Part shown: one piece after another, positions 19,532 through 29,030 of the stretch
Layout of the letters: each line of letters begins with the position of its first letter
Numbering within the stretch: position 1 is the first letter of the stretch
The notes under the pieces: model-generated
What the model saw: only the letters and a program-made list of their open reading frames with translations
Told to the model about the DNA's origin: nothing
The model's database searches: none
Program-made: the position numbers and the translations under genes
DNA from: a virus
Taxonomy: Duplodnaviria; Heunggongvirae; Uroviricota; Caudoviricetes
IMG/VR virus record: IMGVR_UViG_3300044798_000244
Location: 1-64,000 of that record
DNA length: 64,000 nt
Reading direction: 5' to 3' (one strand)

Positions 19532-20447
19532 TATCAGGTACCCCTATGATTCCCTTAATCACATTCACGTCCTTAGGTTCAATCTCTTCATCACCAACCA
19601 AATCTGAAAGGTCTTTAATCACTTTCAAATACCGGTACCTTGTCAGAAATTTGAAGATAGCATTTTTATCTTTCCAAGTTTTCGCCATCTCCACATCCTG
19701 CAGAGCTTGCTCTGGTGTACTTGGTTGACTGGCCAATCTTCGATCTGCGGTCCAGTCTCTCTTCATCTGAACCAGCTTCTGTATATCAGATTCAATCTCA
19801 TCCAACTTACTCTGAAGAGTTTCAAGGAACTTCTTCTTCTGCTCAGAGGACATTCTATTTAGTGCACTTTTGATTGTATCATAATCAATAACATCTCGTT
19901 TCAACTCACCAAGAAGAAGATCTGCATCTTCAGCAGAACCCCGTATTTCGTTTGCGATATCTGAGAAATCTTTGTAAGGATCATAGTCTTCTGAATAGAT
20001 TTTAGGGCCTTTCAGCCATTTGTGTTCCTTAACATCGTAAACACCTTCCGAGAGAAGATCTTGGTTTGGATTGGTTTGAATGTAGACCTCTATTGGATGG
20101 GTCCCAATGTATCCTCCGATGGATTCTCTATTTTTATCAAACCACTGTCGTAGATCTTTAACAGCGTCCTCCGTCCAAGGCACTAGATCTTTTGGAAAGA
20201 TATGGACATCAACATCGGTATCATCAACATACAGGTTGGTAGTGATGGACCCCACTATATGAATTTGATCAGCGATGCACCAAACATCTATCTCATGATT
20301 CTGAGCAAGAACACTGTGTATCTTTTGCTCTGCATAGAGTGAAAGACGATATGCACCACCCTCACTGGTCCAAACATGGGGTGAGAGACCAGATTGGGAG
20401 AAGTCGATGAGGGACTCCTTCAACACCCTGCTCAATAAGCTCTCCAT
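19521..20447 (-). CDS. nucleotidyltransferase-fold (Pol-beta/MNT-like) protein with a C-terminal coiled coil
   Basis: HIVGSITTNLYVDDTDVDVHIF fits the nucleotidyltransferase motif hG[GS]x9-13[DE]h[DE]h. The C-terminus has coiled-coil character (KKKFLETLQSKLDEIESDIQKLVQ). Confidence 0.4.
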   Translation of the reverse strand: MESLLSRVLKESLIDFSQSGLSPHVWTSEGGAYRLSLYAEQKIHSVLAQNHEIDVWCIADQIHIVGSITTNLYVDDTDVDVHIFPKDLVPWTEDAVKDLRQWFDKNRESIGGYIGTHPIEVYIQTNPNQDLLSEGVYDVKEHKWLKGPKIYSEDYDPYKDFSDIANEIRGSAEDADLLLGELKRDVIDYDTIKSALNRMSSEQKKKFLETLQSKLDEIESDIQKLVQMKRDWTADRRLASQPSTPEQALQDVEMAKTWKDKNAIFKFLTRYRYLKVIKDLSDLVGDEEIEPKDVNVIKGIIGVPDNVS

Positions 20448-20457
20448 AGTAGTTCAC

Positions 20458-21411
20458 CTAAGAAACAGTCACTGAAATAAGTGGGCCACCAGAAACTGAA
20501 GTGAACTCAAGAAAAAGAACTCCACTCTCCTCTTCATGTGTAGAAGAGTGATAATAGCCCAGATTGAGAGTTTGAAGAGCTTCTCCAACAACACCTGCGA
20601 TCTTGTCCCAAAGTTTTTTATCAGAAGCTACTCCAGGCTCCTCCTCTCCAGCAACTTCTTCTGAACTATCTGCTAGTTCATCTTGCTCCTCTTCAGTGAG
20701 TTTTTGAACGATCTTCTCTTCGGAATCATCTTTGTCCGAGGGGACTTTGCCTTCATGCATTGAAAGAGCCTTCGGAATCAGAACATGTTTGAGATAAGAC
20801 ATTTTCAGATCCATATCTGGGCTTTCCTGTTCCGGATCAACAATATCCTCAAGAGAACTAAGAGCATCAGTCATTTCTTCATCAGAGGGCCATTCATCAC
20901 TAATCACGTCTGTGTTAATAGCTAACTGAAGAATCTTTTGATCGCTAACACTAATTCCAGGAACTTCACCCACCAACTCCAAGACCCCCTCCTTAATCTG
21001 CACAATAGGCTCAACAGCGATTGAAGGACAGTGAATGCACTTGGCCTTAGTGTTTCGGAAGGTCTTGAAGCACTCGTTACACAAGTAGAGAGTGCCTATC
21101 TTGCTCTCTTTGGTTGGAGGCTTCACCACAGGAATTGGTGTCTCAACTTCTTTGTCAGCCACCTTCCGAACAGCATATTTAGCATTTTTCGGAGTTTGAC
21201 TCTTGACCTTAGTCAGATCCTCATCTTCATAGGTCTCAACACCGAGAGCCTCGTGATCAACATCTGGCTTACTCTGCATGGGCGTCTGCTGAGGAACCTT
21301 TGCCGAAGGAGCGAGCTTTTTCGATGCTTCAGTTATCGTAAGACCCGTTTTGTGGTACTCTCCATCGTCATGGAGGAATCTCATCAGACTTCCCATATCA
21401 TTTGATTCCAT
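20458..21411 (-). CDS. acidic C4 zinc-finger protein carrying the shared EGKVPSDKDDSEEKIVQKLTE module; candidate internal head protein
   Basis: CNECFKTFRNTKAKCIHCPS. Very acidic. Carries one copy of the 21-aa module that is also found twice in 34865..37348. Confidence 0.4.
   Translation of the reverse strand: MESNDMGSLMRFLHDDGEYHKTGLTITEASKKLAPSAKVPQQTPMQSKPDVDHEALGVETYEDEDLTKVKSQTPKNAKYAVRKVADKEVETPIPVVKPPTKESKIGTLYLCNECFKTFRNTKAKCIHCPSIAVEPIVQIKEGVLELVGEVPGISVSDQKILQLAINTDVISDEWPSDEEMTDALSSLEDIVDPEQESPDMDLKMSYLKHVLIPKALSMHEGKVPSDKDDSEEKIVQKLTEEEQDELADSSEEVAGEEEPGVASDKKLWDKIAGVVGEALQTLNLGYYHSSTHEEESGVLFLEFTSVSGGPLISVTVS
20733..20797. repeat. dispersed 62-65 bp repeat, copy 1 of 3
   Basis: cagtgagtttttgaacgatcttctcttcggaatcatctttgtccgaggggactttgccttc is about 93 percent identical to 36040..36103 and 37037..37100. 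Confidence 0.85.
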
Positions 21412-21416
21412 CGGTA

Positions 21417-22007
21417 TTACTCCTTTTTCTCGTCACTTGACATATCAATCAACTGAACGACCGCACCATTGATATCCACCCACTTGCCGGCCTTCCCTGA
21501 ACCCTCAAGATCCAAAAGGTCTTTCACACGATCGGATTTCTGATCACCTTGGGACCAAAACGCGACCTCATGTCGACGTCCTTTTTTTGATATTGGTCTA
21601 ATTTCAACAGGTAAGCACGAAAAGTGTAAGTTCAGAAGGGTCTGTACCGTGTTTGAAACATCCTTCTCGCACAGTATGTAATCCAAGATTGCAAGAGCTG
21701 CTTTATCTTTTGGTAGAACTTGTTTTCCCTGCTCAACAGCCTGGTCAAAAAGCTTATCTACACCAGTACAAGGAACACTCTTACAGTACATTCCTAAGAT
21801 CCTGAGAAGTCTTTTGTAGAGATTAAGATCTTTGGATTCAAGAAGTACTTCTTTGATTTGCATGGACACAATATACCCCTTGGATTCTAATTCAGATTTT
21901 CGCTTCTTAGCTTGCTCTTCATTTGAAATAGACTCTGCACTCCTATATCCAAGACTTGATCGTTTCTTATACTTGTCATTAGGATGGCTATATGTTAAAA
22001 TATACAT
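21417..22007 (-). CDS. hypothetical basic protein
   Basis: 196-aa ORF. Confidence 0.35.
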   Translation of the reverse strand: MYILTYSHPNDKYKKRSSLGYRSAESISNEEQAKKRKSELESKGYIVSMQIKEVLLESKDLNLYKRLLRILGMYCKSVPCTGVDKLFDQAVEQGKQVLPKDKAALAILDYILCEKDVSNTVQTLLNLHFSCLPVEIRPISKKGRRHEVAFWSQGDQKSDRVKDLLDLEGSGKAGKWVDINGAVVQLIDMSSDEKKE

Positions 22008-22012
22008 TGCAG

Positions 22013-23383
22013 TTAATCACCGCCTTTCAGATCTTGAATAGCCTCAACAAGAAGATTTTGAACATTCGCTTGACAAGCAAAGTGTCCAGATCGCACAAAA
22101 AATACATTTCCTACTCGCCGAGCACCAGTCAAGGATTCTTGAAGACGATCAGCTATCTCAGCATCTTCTACAAGGACTGAAAAGTATAAATTCTTATCAA
22201 AACCAACCTGGGCCTCAAAGATTACTCCTACACCATCTAATGTGCTGTGAATCCGTGCACCAGCCAGGATAGTATGACCTATGTTTTTATATTTAGATTC
22301 ATTTGGTACATCTAAAGAAGGAGGTTCAGCCCATTGTTGCTCAAGACTCTCTATATCCTCTGTTTTTTCTACTTCTTCACGTTCCTTAGAAGGAACTTCT
22401 AGAGCTGCAAGTTTAGCTCGATTTCTCGTTCGAGCAATACCTATCATACCATCCCCTCCCCCATCCCATCCACCATAAGACAAGCCTTTTGTTAGTCGAG
22501 AAATTGCTTCTTGATAGTAATCTAAACTGTTAAACCAAAAAGAACTAGCATTCAGTCCTGGTACTTCTCCCCCACCAGTCATCGAGGTTTTTAGGAGGAT
22601 AAGATCTTCTAGAGTTGTTGTATACCATTGTGGTTTCTGGTATTCCATCCTGCCACCAGGTTGAAAGTACACAAATAATCCTCCAGATTGACCCTCCTCA
22701 GTCAATCTCTGAAGGGTTTTTTGGAGTATCAAAAATGAATCTGGTTCACTAAGACTCTCTGACAGCATTTCCAGCTGGCCTCGATCATCTGAACAAGACT
22801 CGACCAGCTTCTGATACACCTTCTCTACACCATCCTTGAGTGTGTGCAGAGGAAACATGACCTTCTCAGATGTAAGATCTTTGTCGGGTTTGAATCGAGA
22901 GATCCACTTGCTGTACACCTGTTGTGCACAGCGAATCTCCGGACAGTCCAGAGCGGACTCAAGTGCCAGATGAATATCAACTCTGCGACCTTCAAGGTCA
23001 ACAGCATCTTCAAGAGATTTATTGTCCATGATGAAGGACGGAAGAGTGAAACAAGATGAGCTATCAATCTGCCCATCAAATATCTCTTGAAAGTTGTCCC
23101 AGTGTTCATTAGGGACAACTATCTTAAGAGCATCTTCGAAGCAAACCGTCCTATCCGTATCACCTTCAAGGATCTCGAGGTTCCACTTCTTCTTTTTCTT
23201 TCCTAGACCAGAGAGGACGGAACGAACAACACCTACCTGTGTAGGTAGATAGGAGATCATGTTCATCGTGGTAGCACCTCCTGTAGACCCTCCACTTCCA
23301 GCAGTGCTGCCAGCAGCACCATCCTCTTGAAGTTTTGATGCTAGATCATAAAATCCGTTAGACATTCTTTGCCTCCCAACCAA
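22013..23383 (-). CDS. hypothetical large protein
   Basis: 456 aa. Gly/Ser-rich N-terminus and a lysine run. No confident motif. Confidence 0.4.
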   Translation of the reverse strand: MVGRQRMSNGFYDLASKLQEDGAAGSTAGSGGSTGGATTMNMISYLPTQVGVVRSVLSGLGKKKKKWNLEILEGDTDRTVCFEDALKIVVPNEHWDNFQEIFDGQIDSSSCFTLPSFIMDNKSLEDAVDLEGRRVDIHLALESALDCPEIRCAQQVYSKWISRFKPDKDLTSEKVMFPLHTLKDGVEKVYQKLVESCSDDRGQLEMLSESLSEPDSFLILQKTLQRLTEEGQSGGLFVYFQPGGRMEYQKPQWYTTTLEDLILLKTSMTGGGEVPGLNASSFWFNSLDYYQEAISRLTKGLSYGGWDGGGDGMIGIARTRNRAKLAALEVPSKEREEVEKTEDIESLEQQWAEPPSLDVPNESKYKNIGHTILAGARIHSTLDGVGVIFEAQVGFDKNLYFSVLVEDAEIADRLQESLTGARRVGNVFFVRSGHFACQANVQNLLVEAIQDLKGGD

Positions 23384-25715
23384 CCATTTTCAGATAAGCA
23401 TTAAGCCTCTCAGGATGACTTCGAAGGAATTGTTCTACATGGGCTGCTTTCTGATGAGCCTCTTCGTATGGAGTACCTTCTCTCATCATACGACCACGCT
23501 CATACAATTCATGAAAGAGATTGAACCTATGTTCAGAAGGATCTCTCATTCTCTCGATCCAGATTTCATCTTTAGGTATGAAATCCCACCTGAAATGATG
23601 ACCGCCTTCTGTGTAGTCATCATCATATGTATTCCGGATCTCTTCACCATCAACTAAGTAGACCAGAACATCATTTGTGGTTTCTCCCCAGAGTTCCTTT
23701 GAGATACCATCTGCTTCCTGAATGGACTCTTGCACTCCTGCAGACCTCCACGCTTCCAGGGATGCCCATCGAACGGTGATCGTGGGTCTTTTAACTTCTA
23801 GCTTCTCCGGCTCCTCACCTGTAAAAGCTAGAGAGAGCCCACTTGGAAGATTGTTTTCTACCCATCTTGCTTGTGTTCTGCTCGAAGGAATAATAACACT
23901 GCTTCCTTGTAGATCTTGAAGCATTTTTCTGCAAACATTATTATAAAATTCGAGAGGTTCTGGTTTTTCAAAATCAGAAACAACAACGTCCTGCCCTTCA
24001 TACGGAGTTGTCACCTCAACAAGAACTTCATCTTTTGTAGGGGTTGACAATATAAAATCACCTTTCTTAGACCATACTGCGAACAGCCAACCCCTATCCA
24101 TCAAAAAGTTCAGAACTTCAGTATACAGAAGATCGCGTTTCCTATCCCTCTCCTTCTTATCCTCCTGAATAGACTCGCCAAGAAGCTTTCGAAGATAATC
24201 TGAAGAATAAATCGCCTCAGAACCTACTTCCGAAGCAAGCTCTTCAGGGCCGTACCGAAGGTACAGATCAACTATAGCACTTCGTTGGACCCTTGTAATT
24301 GTTTTTAGATTCTCTGCACCTAAATGTTGATGACTTACAAGTATCCGAATCGCCCCAGATTCAAGCAGCTCATTAACCTCAGTTCCAGCATCAAGAGCTG
24401 TACGTATGTGTGCAACAGGAACATGTATTAGAGTTCCATCTGAAAGAAGCCAGAACTTAAAATAGGCTTCTTCCCCAGGATACATAGAGGGGGTTCGCAT
24501 GTCCTCTTCTGAAGCAGGTCCAAACTCATCTAGCAGAACTTGCTGCGGTTCTGGAAGAGTTGCTACTGCTTCCTGGATGGGTTCACCAATTTCTTTGAAA
24601 TGGAACCTCTCAAGACCTTCAGTCTTCCCCATAAGAAGTCTGCATACTATATCTGTTAAGATATGGGCACTTCTCGTCTCCAGATCTCCTGGAATCCGAT
24701 GATAATCTTGTCCCACTTCAACATAGATTGATTCAAGATTATATGAAGCAATTACCTCTTCAATAGCAGAACGTTGTCCTTCAGAAGGCTCAAAACTGTT
24801 ACTTAAGTAAATGTCAAGATTACAATCCTGCCAAACATCTCCTTTTATTGCCCCCTCGTCCTGGACTTCCCAAGAAACACCAGCTGCATCTAGAATATCA
24901 GAATGCTGTTCACGCGTTTCATCGTTTCCTACAACCGAACGACCATTATTAAGAAGAAAAAATCGGCCTATTGGAAGTTTAGATATACCTTTTCGTCTTC
25001 TCCAGTATAGAAATAATTTCTTCTGGGCAGGAGGAAGATCATCTCCGATAGTTTCTAAAAGTAAACTTTGTGATTCTTTGGCCACTCTACGACCAAGAGC
25101 TTGTCCAGCGGCCTTGAACTGCTGAGCTGTTCGTGTGGCTCCGGCTTCTGCTTGCTGGATCAGATCCTTGAACTCTTTCCCCAGCCAATTAGCAATAGTG
25201 GTTTTGTAAAAAGGAAGTGTTCGCATCAGAACCTGTACGTGCTTGCAATACTGCCCATATTTTTTGGGGTTCCGAATATCAGGTGATCGATCCTCTGGTT
25301 CACCATACTTAGCATGTTTTTGAGTAAGAAGGTAATCCCCACCATAGTATGTTTGGGCAGGACATTCACAACTCAATTCAACGTTACCATCTTTGAACAG
25401 CTTAGCAGCAACTTTCCTTAGGTCTGCTCGTTTCTTATCTTTGGTCCAGTTACGCCGATCTGAGACCAGCTTCTGAACATCTTTTTCTATATCTTTCCAA
25501 CGGACAACAACATCATACTGAAGACCTTCCTCTGTTCCGCTGTGAACACTAAATGTCCATATATCCTTCTGAATACTAGAAAGTCGAACACCGCCTTTGG
25601 AAATCACACCTTTGACCTTGACTGGATTTGAAAAAAAATCAGGGAAGAGTCGGGTTATTGACTTCTGCTTGGTGTTCAACTGACCAAGAGTGGCTTCTAT
25701 AAGTTTGTGGAACAT
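23358..25715 (-). CDS. large protein with an N-terminal SWIM-type zinc finger
   Basis: CECPAQTYYGGDYLLTQ...YCKHVQVLM fits the SWIM pattern CxC...CxH. 785 aa. Confidence 0.45.
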   Translation of the reverse strand: MFHKLIEATLGQLNTKQKSITRLFPDFFSNPVKVKGVISKGGVRLSSIQKDIWTFSVHSGTEEGLQYDVVVRWKDIEKDVQKLVSDRRNWTKDKKRADLRKVAAKLFKDGNVELSCECPAQTYYGGDYLLTQKHAKYGEPEDRSPDIRNPKKYGQYCKHVQVLMRTLPFYKTTIANWLGKEFKDLIQQAEAGATRTAQQFKAAGQALGRRVAKESQSLLLETIGDDLPPAQKKLFLYWRRRKGISKLPIGRFFLLNNGRSVVGNDETREQHSDILDAAGVSWEVQDEGAIKGDVWQDCNLDIYLSNSFEPSEGQRSAIEEVIASYNLESIYVEVGQDYHRIPGDLETRSAHILTDIVCRLLMGKTEGLERFHFKEIGEPIQEAVATLPEPQQVLLDEFGPASEEDMRTPSMYPGEEAYFKFWLLSDGTLIHVPVAHIRTALDAGTEVNELLESGAIRILVSHQHLGAENLKTITRVQRSAIVDLYLRYGPEELASEVGSEAIYSSDYLRKLLGESIQEDKKERDRKRDLLYTEVLNFLMDRGWLFAVWSKKGDFILSTPTKDEVLVEVTTPYEGQDVVVSDFEKPEPLEFYNNVCRKMLQDLQGSSVIIPSSRTQARWVENNLPSGLSLAFTGEEPEKLEVKRPTITVRWASLEAWRSAGVQESIQEADGISKELWGETTNDVLVYLVDGEEIRNTYDDDYTEGGHHFRWDFIPKDEIWIERMRDPSEHRFNLFHELYERGRMMREGTPYEEAHQKAAHVEQFLRSHPERLNAYLKMVGWEAKNV

Positions 25716-25716
25716 A

Positions 25717-26256
25717 TTATCCTTGTGCTGGCAGTGAACTAATCAACGGATCTGTTAGGAGTCGGAGATTTCGAGTTTTTCCAATATCTGTAACAAAAAC
25801 CTCATCTATCTCGAGACCCCAACCATTAGCAGCATCGCTGATATCCTTGCGAAGCTCTTCCTTAGTATTGCTTATATCACAGCACTCTTTGAAAGTTTTC
25901 TGACTGAAGTACTCGCACAAAACACCAAGAGCTAGGGTCGTAAGAGACTTATCAGCATCATGTACATTTAGAAAGTTCTTGCGTGCATCACAAACTTTGT
26001 ATTGAATAGCACCAGATATAATAATATCGTAACCATCCAGTGTCCGACAGCTTTGATTCTTCAGATCTACAACCTGTGGAGCAGTGTATGCCCACCAAAT
26101 ACTTTGTATCAGAGGCCAGTAGAACCAAATCCCAGGACCAATTTCACAAATACTATGTCCACATGTAATCCGCAGTCCGGTCTGCCAAGGTTCCAATATC
26201 TGGATACGTGGAACAAAGGAAAGAAGCTTCTCAAGTAGATCTCGCAACCATGCCAT
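25717..26256 (-). CDS. SPFH/band-7 (stomatin/prohibitin-like) domain protein
   Basis: 179 aa with a beta-alpha pattern and a GWGLEIDEVFVTDI segment typical of the SPFH core. Hydrophobic N-terminus. Confidence 0.4.
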   Translation of the reverse strand: MAWLRDLLEKLLSFVPRIQILEPWQTGLRITCGHSICEIGPGIWFYWPLIQSIWWAYTAPQVVDLKNQSCRTLDGYDIIISGAIQYKVCDARKNFLNVHDADKSLTTLALGVLCEYFSQKTFKECCDISNTKEELRKDISDAANGWGLEIDEVFVTDIGKTRNLRLLTDPLISSLPAQG

Positions 26257-26294
26257 TCAACACCTTTGTTAGCTTTAAGTAGCAGTGCAAAAAA

Positions 26295-26567
26295 TTAAAT
26301 TTTTCGATTATATATCACTCGCTTAACTTTAGTAATAACACCTTTTGGTATCACAATAACGCCACCTACATCATCATTATCACCAATTGTGCTGGCCAGT
26401 CGAATGACCATAGCATCTTGATTTAGAAGCCAGCCAACTGATACACATTCGAGGGACTCTGTTTTCCCTGCTTCTTCTTGGGAAATCCAAGAATCTGAAG
26501 AAACAATGTCGTTCCAGTAGCAAACAAGAAGGTCTGCATATTTGAATCTCGCCCAGTTGATTTTCAT
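26295..26567 (-). CDS. hypothetical protein
   Basis: 90 aa. Its ATGA start overlaps the stop of the upstream endonuclease gene. Confidence 0.35.
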   Translation of the reverse strand: MKINWARFKYADLLVCYWNDIVSSDSWISQEEAGKTESLECVSVGWLLNQDAMVIRLASTIGDNDDVGGVIVIPKGVITKVKRVIYNRKI

Positions 26568-27373
26568 TGGTGCTGGACCCCAATAAAATTAAGCATTTTC
26601 TGAGTTAAGAGATTTACATCTTTCAACTCATGTTCCCAGATTACCAAGGTCTTGTAACCCGCTTCTTCAAACAGGTTACTTCTTTCTTGTTCGTGCTGCT
26701 TCTCAGGTACACCTGTTACTGCTTGGGAGTGCCAGTAATCACCAAAAAGTTCAATGATCAGTTTCTTATCTTCATTAACGAAATCGGGGCACTTACCAGA
26801 GATAATTTTCTTGCCATCACCAGTAAACTGAAATCCTGCAGTGATCTGGATAATCCATTCTGCAAGAAATATCTCAAGTTTGTTCTGAGCTACTTGTCTG
26901 GCAACCATCTGTTTGGCTACGTATTCAGGATCTTGCCAATGTTGAGTTTGTATTTCTTTCAGCTTCTTGCAAGTTTCAGGAGAACGTTTCTTTCCTCTAT
27001 TACTATTTGCTCTTTTCTTGTTTTCTTCAGGGGAACGAATTCTTCCTCTGTTAGCATCTTGCATCTTCTTAAGAGTTTCAGAAGAAGAATGACATTCACC
27101 TCTTTTATTCTTGCAAGAAGCACATTGACAATCGTCCCTATGAACTCTTCTTCTATTAGAATCACCTATCCTCTTACAAGCTTCAAACGAAAGATGGTGT
27201 CCATAGTTAGGATTATTCTCACCTTTTGTTTCACCTCTTTTAGATCTACAAGAAGCACATTGGCAATTCTCTAGATGAGGTTCCTTCCGTTTAGCTCTAC
27301 AAACTCCGCACGGACAATCTTCTTTATGTGGTTTTCGACCCACTATTATTGCCTTTTCAAAAATACCACCCAA
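26564..27373 (-). CDS. free-standing homing-endonuclease-like protein (zinc ribbons, NUMOD3, Vsr-like nuclease)
   Basis: HKEDCPCGVCRAKRKEPHLENCQCASCRSKRGE...DDCQCASCKNKRGE. NUMOD3-like SPEENKKRANSNRGK. LIIELFGDYWH...GYKTLVIWEHEL. Confidence 0.6.
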   Translation of the reverse strand: MGGIFEKAIIVGRKPHKEDCPCGVCRAKRKEPHLENCQCASCRSKRGETKGENNPNYGHHLSFEACKRIGDSNRRRVHRDDCQCASCKNKRGECHSSSETLKKMQDANRGRIRSPEENKKRANSNRGKKRSPETCKKLKEIQTQHWQDPEYVAKQMVARQVAQNKLEIFLAEWIIQITAGFQFTGDGKKIISGKCPDFVNEDKKLIIELFGDYWHSQAVTGVPEKQHEQERSNLFEEAGYKTLVIWEHELKDVNLLTQKMLNFIGVQHQ

Positions 27374-28128
27374 CGCGAACTTTTTTGTATATCATCTTGC
27401 AAAAACTTCATTTCTTCCTTACCTTCATCAAACAAGGTCTGCCCATCAATATCACCAGGCAGAACCATACCAGCAGCTCTAAGGGTGTGTCCTTCTGCTT
27501 GCTTCACAAGAGCTTTCGTGTACTGACACAGAAAATCATTGATATGTTGACTATCGATAACATCAGAAGGAATAATTCTTTTGGTCCCAACTACAAAAAG
27601 ACTTGTAGTACCTGAAGGCACGTTCTTGCAGTAAAGATAGCCACCTACAGCTGGATCGTCATGATTCTCGTCCATCCACCAACGGAAATTCGCTCCTGCA
27701 TAGATATTGAACGTGCGAAATGCTTCAGTAGCCAAAACTAGGTCTGTGCGTATGTTATCAAGTACAGCTATTCCAGCTAATGACCAGGTCGGGAATTCAT
27801 TCCAGATAAAGTTTGCATTTTTGTTCGGATAGACTATAGCTATGGATTTGAACTGGGCTGAGATCTGTGCTCTGGCCTGTCCTGTAGCGTAGTTCACCAT
27901 TTGAGAGATTTTGTATGCTGAGTGTGTGTTCCAGTATCGAACAGCATTATCAATTAGCTGCTCAATAGACGCATCTGGGATAGCTAAAGTTCTCGGCTGG
28001 AACTCCTGCTTAATCCAAGTTACATATTTAGTTTTGTTTGTTAGGATTGAGAGACCGGCCATACCATGCGTCCTTAGTATTTCATCAAAGCCCACCTGAT
28101 AAAGGAATCTCCTTACCAGCAGCATCAA
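27346..28128 (-). CDS. hypothetical head/neck structural protein
   Basis: 260 aa, directly downstream of the capsid gene and its terminator. The start may be the internal Met near 28065. Confidence 0.35.
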   Translation of the reverse strand: MMLLVRRFLYQVGFDEILRTHGMAGLSILTNKTKYVTWIKQEFQPRTLAIPDASIEQLIDNAVRYWNTHSAYKISQMVNYATGQARAQISAQFKSIAIVYPNKNANFIWNEFPTWSLAGIAVLDNIRTDLVLATEAFRTFNIYAGANFRWWMDENHDDPAVGGYLYCKNVPSGTTSLFVVGTKRIIPSDVIDSQHINDFLCQYTKALVKQAEGHTLRAAGMVLPGDIDGQTLFDEGKEEMKFLQDDIQKSSRWVVFLKRQ

Positions 28129-28348
28129 AAAGAGGTGTGTTAATTAAGGTTGGGTAAAAGACAGGAATCTTCTTCTGCTCAGGAATGCTGTTATCAACTA
28201 ATTCAAGGGTATGAAGTTCTATAAGACCGTTGAGTACATGAAAATCTTTGAAAACACAAGTCAAGACCTGTCCCACCGATACATTATACTCTGCAGAACC
28301 AGTATTCAAGTGTGTATCAATTAAAAATCTTACTTTTACTGTTAGCAT
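28085..28348 (-). CDS. hypothetical small protein
   Basis: 87-aa ORF beginning just after the capsid-gene terminator. Confidence 0.25.
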   Translation of the reverse strand: MLTVKVRFLIDTHLNTGSAEYNVSVGQVLTCVFKDFHVLNGLIELHTLELVDNSIPEQKKIPVFYPTLINTPLFDAAGKEIPLSGGL

Positions 28349-28356
28349 TTTTACCT

Positions 28357-28420
28357 AAAAAATAAAAATGTGGGGGCTGGAGTCTCCACTCTCAAACCCT
28401 CCCTGTGGCCCCCACCTAAA
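28357..28420 (-). terminator. intrinsic terminator after the major capsid gene
   Basis: Minus-strand RNA: GUGGGGGC...GCCCCCAC stem (28408..28415 pairs with 28370..28377) with an internal UGGAG/CUCCA hairpin, followed by AUUUUUAUUUUUU (28357..28369). Located 20 nt after the stop at 28440. Confidence 0.55.
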
Positions 28421-28439
28421 AACTAGATCAAAAACCTAC

Positions 28440-29030
28440 TTACGTACCTAGCGTATAACCAGTTTGCAAGTTGGTTATACTTCCCCAAGTAAACATCCCG
28501 GCATTTATAACTTTGAATGCGGCCGAGCTAAGGAAGCCCTTCTGCGACATAAGGTCGCTGGTCGTCAGCGTCGGGGTCGCGAATAAAGGTATGTAGGGGC
28601 AGTATATAAATCCCGCGTGCAGGTAGTCCGGACCACGGAACCCTAAGGTGTACCGATTGGTACTCTTGAAGGGGTTCTGGATCACAGTCACCTGATTGTT
28701 CAACACACCAATCTTCACAGGACCCGTCGGCGTCAACTTACCAAGGTTCGAAACAGGGCTGAAATGATCCTTCCCAAGCTGCATAATGACCCGGGCAACA
28801 TTATTACCACAGATCATGAAATTCGCCGTAGCACGCTTGGTTTTCTCGAAGATAGCATTTGAACCCTGATAGATACGATCAAGGAACTCCAGCTTCTTAA
28901 AGACCCAGGCCTCACCCTGCGACGGACGAGCATCCCAATCAGACACCTGCGTAGCCGCATCAGCACCTTCGGCCGCTTCATCGATCATATCGAGACCGGT
29001 CTGGTCGATGGTGAACTTACAATTTGTTAC
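28440..29030 (-). CDS. gp23: major capsid protein gp23, exon 2 (C-terminal part)
   Basis: ANFMICGNNVARVIMQL and LGFRGPDYLHAGFIYCPYIPLFATPTLT match T4 gp23 (GNFIIASRNVVNVL; VGYKGPNEMDAGIYYAPYVALTPLRG). The frame is open upstream of the listed Met as far as 29030. Confidence 0.7.
   Translation of the reverse strand, partial: VTNCKFTIDQTGLDMIDEAAEGADAATQVSDWDARPSQGEAWVFKKLEFLDRIYQGSNAIFEKTKRATANFMICGNNVARVIMQLGKDHFSPVSNLGKLTPTGPVKIGVLNNQVTVIQNPFKSTNRYTLGFRGPDYLHAGFIYCPYIPLFATPTLTTSDLMSQKGFLSSAAFKVINAGMFTWGSITNLQTGYTLGT

Noticed and set aside
26630-27274. 214-aa plus-strand ORF
   Set aside because: It lies fully inside minus-strand endonuclease gene 26564..27373. The composition is Ser/Arg/Leu/Phe-rich and low-complexity, typical of a frame shadow. 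The same applies to plus ORFs 41382..41933, 32899..33363, 36107..36559, 51007..51549, 2412..2807 and 13264..13566.
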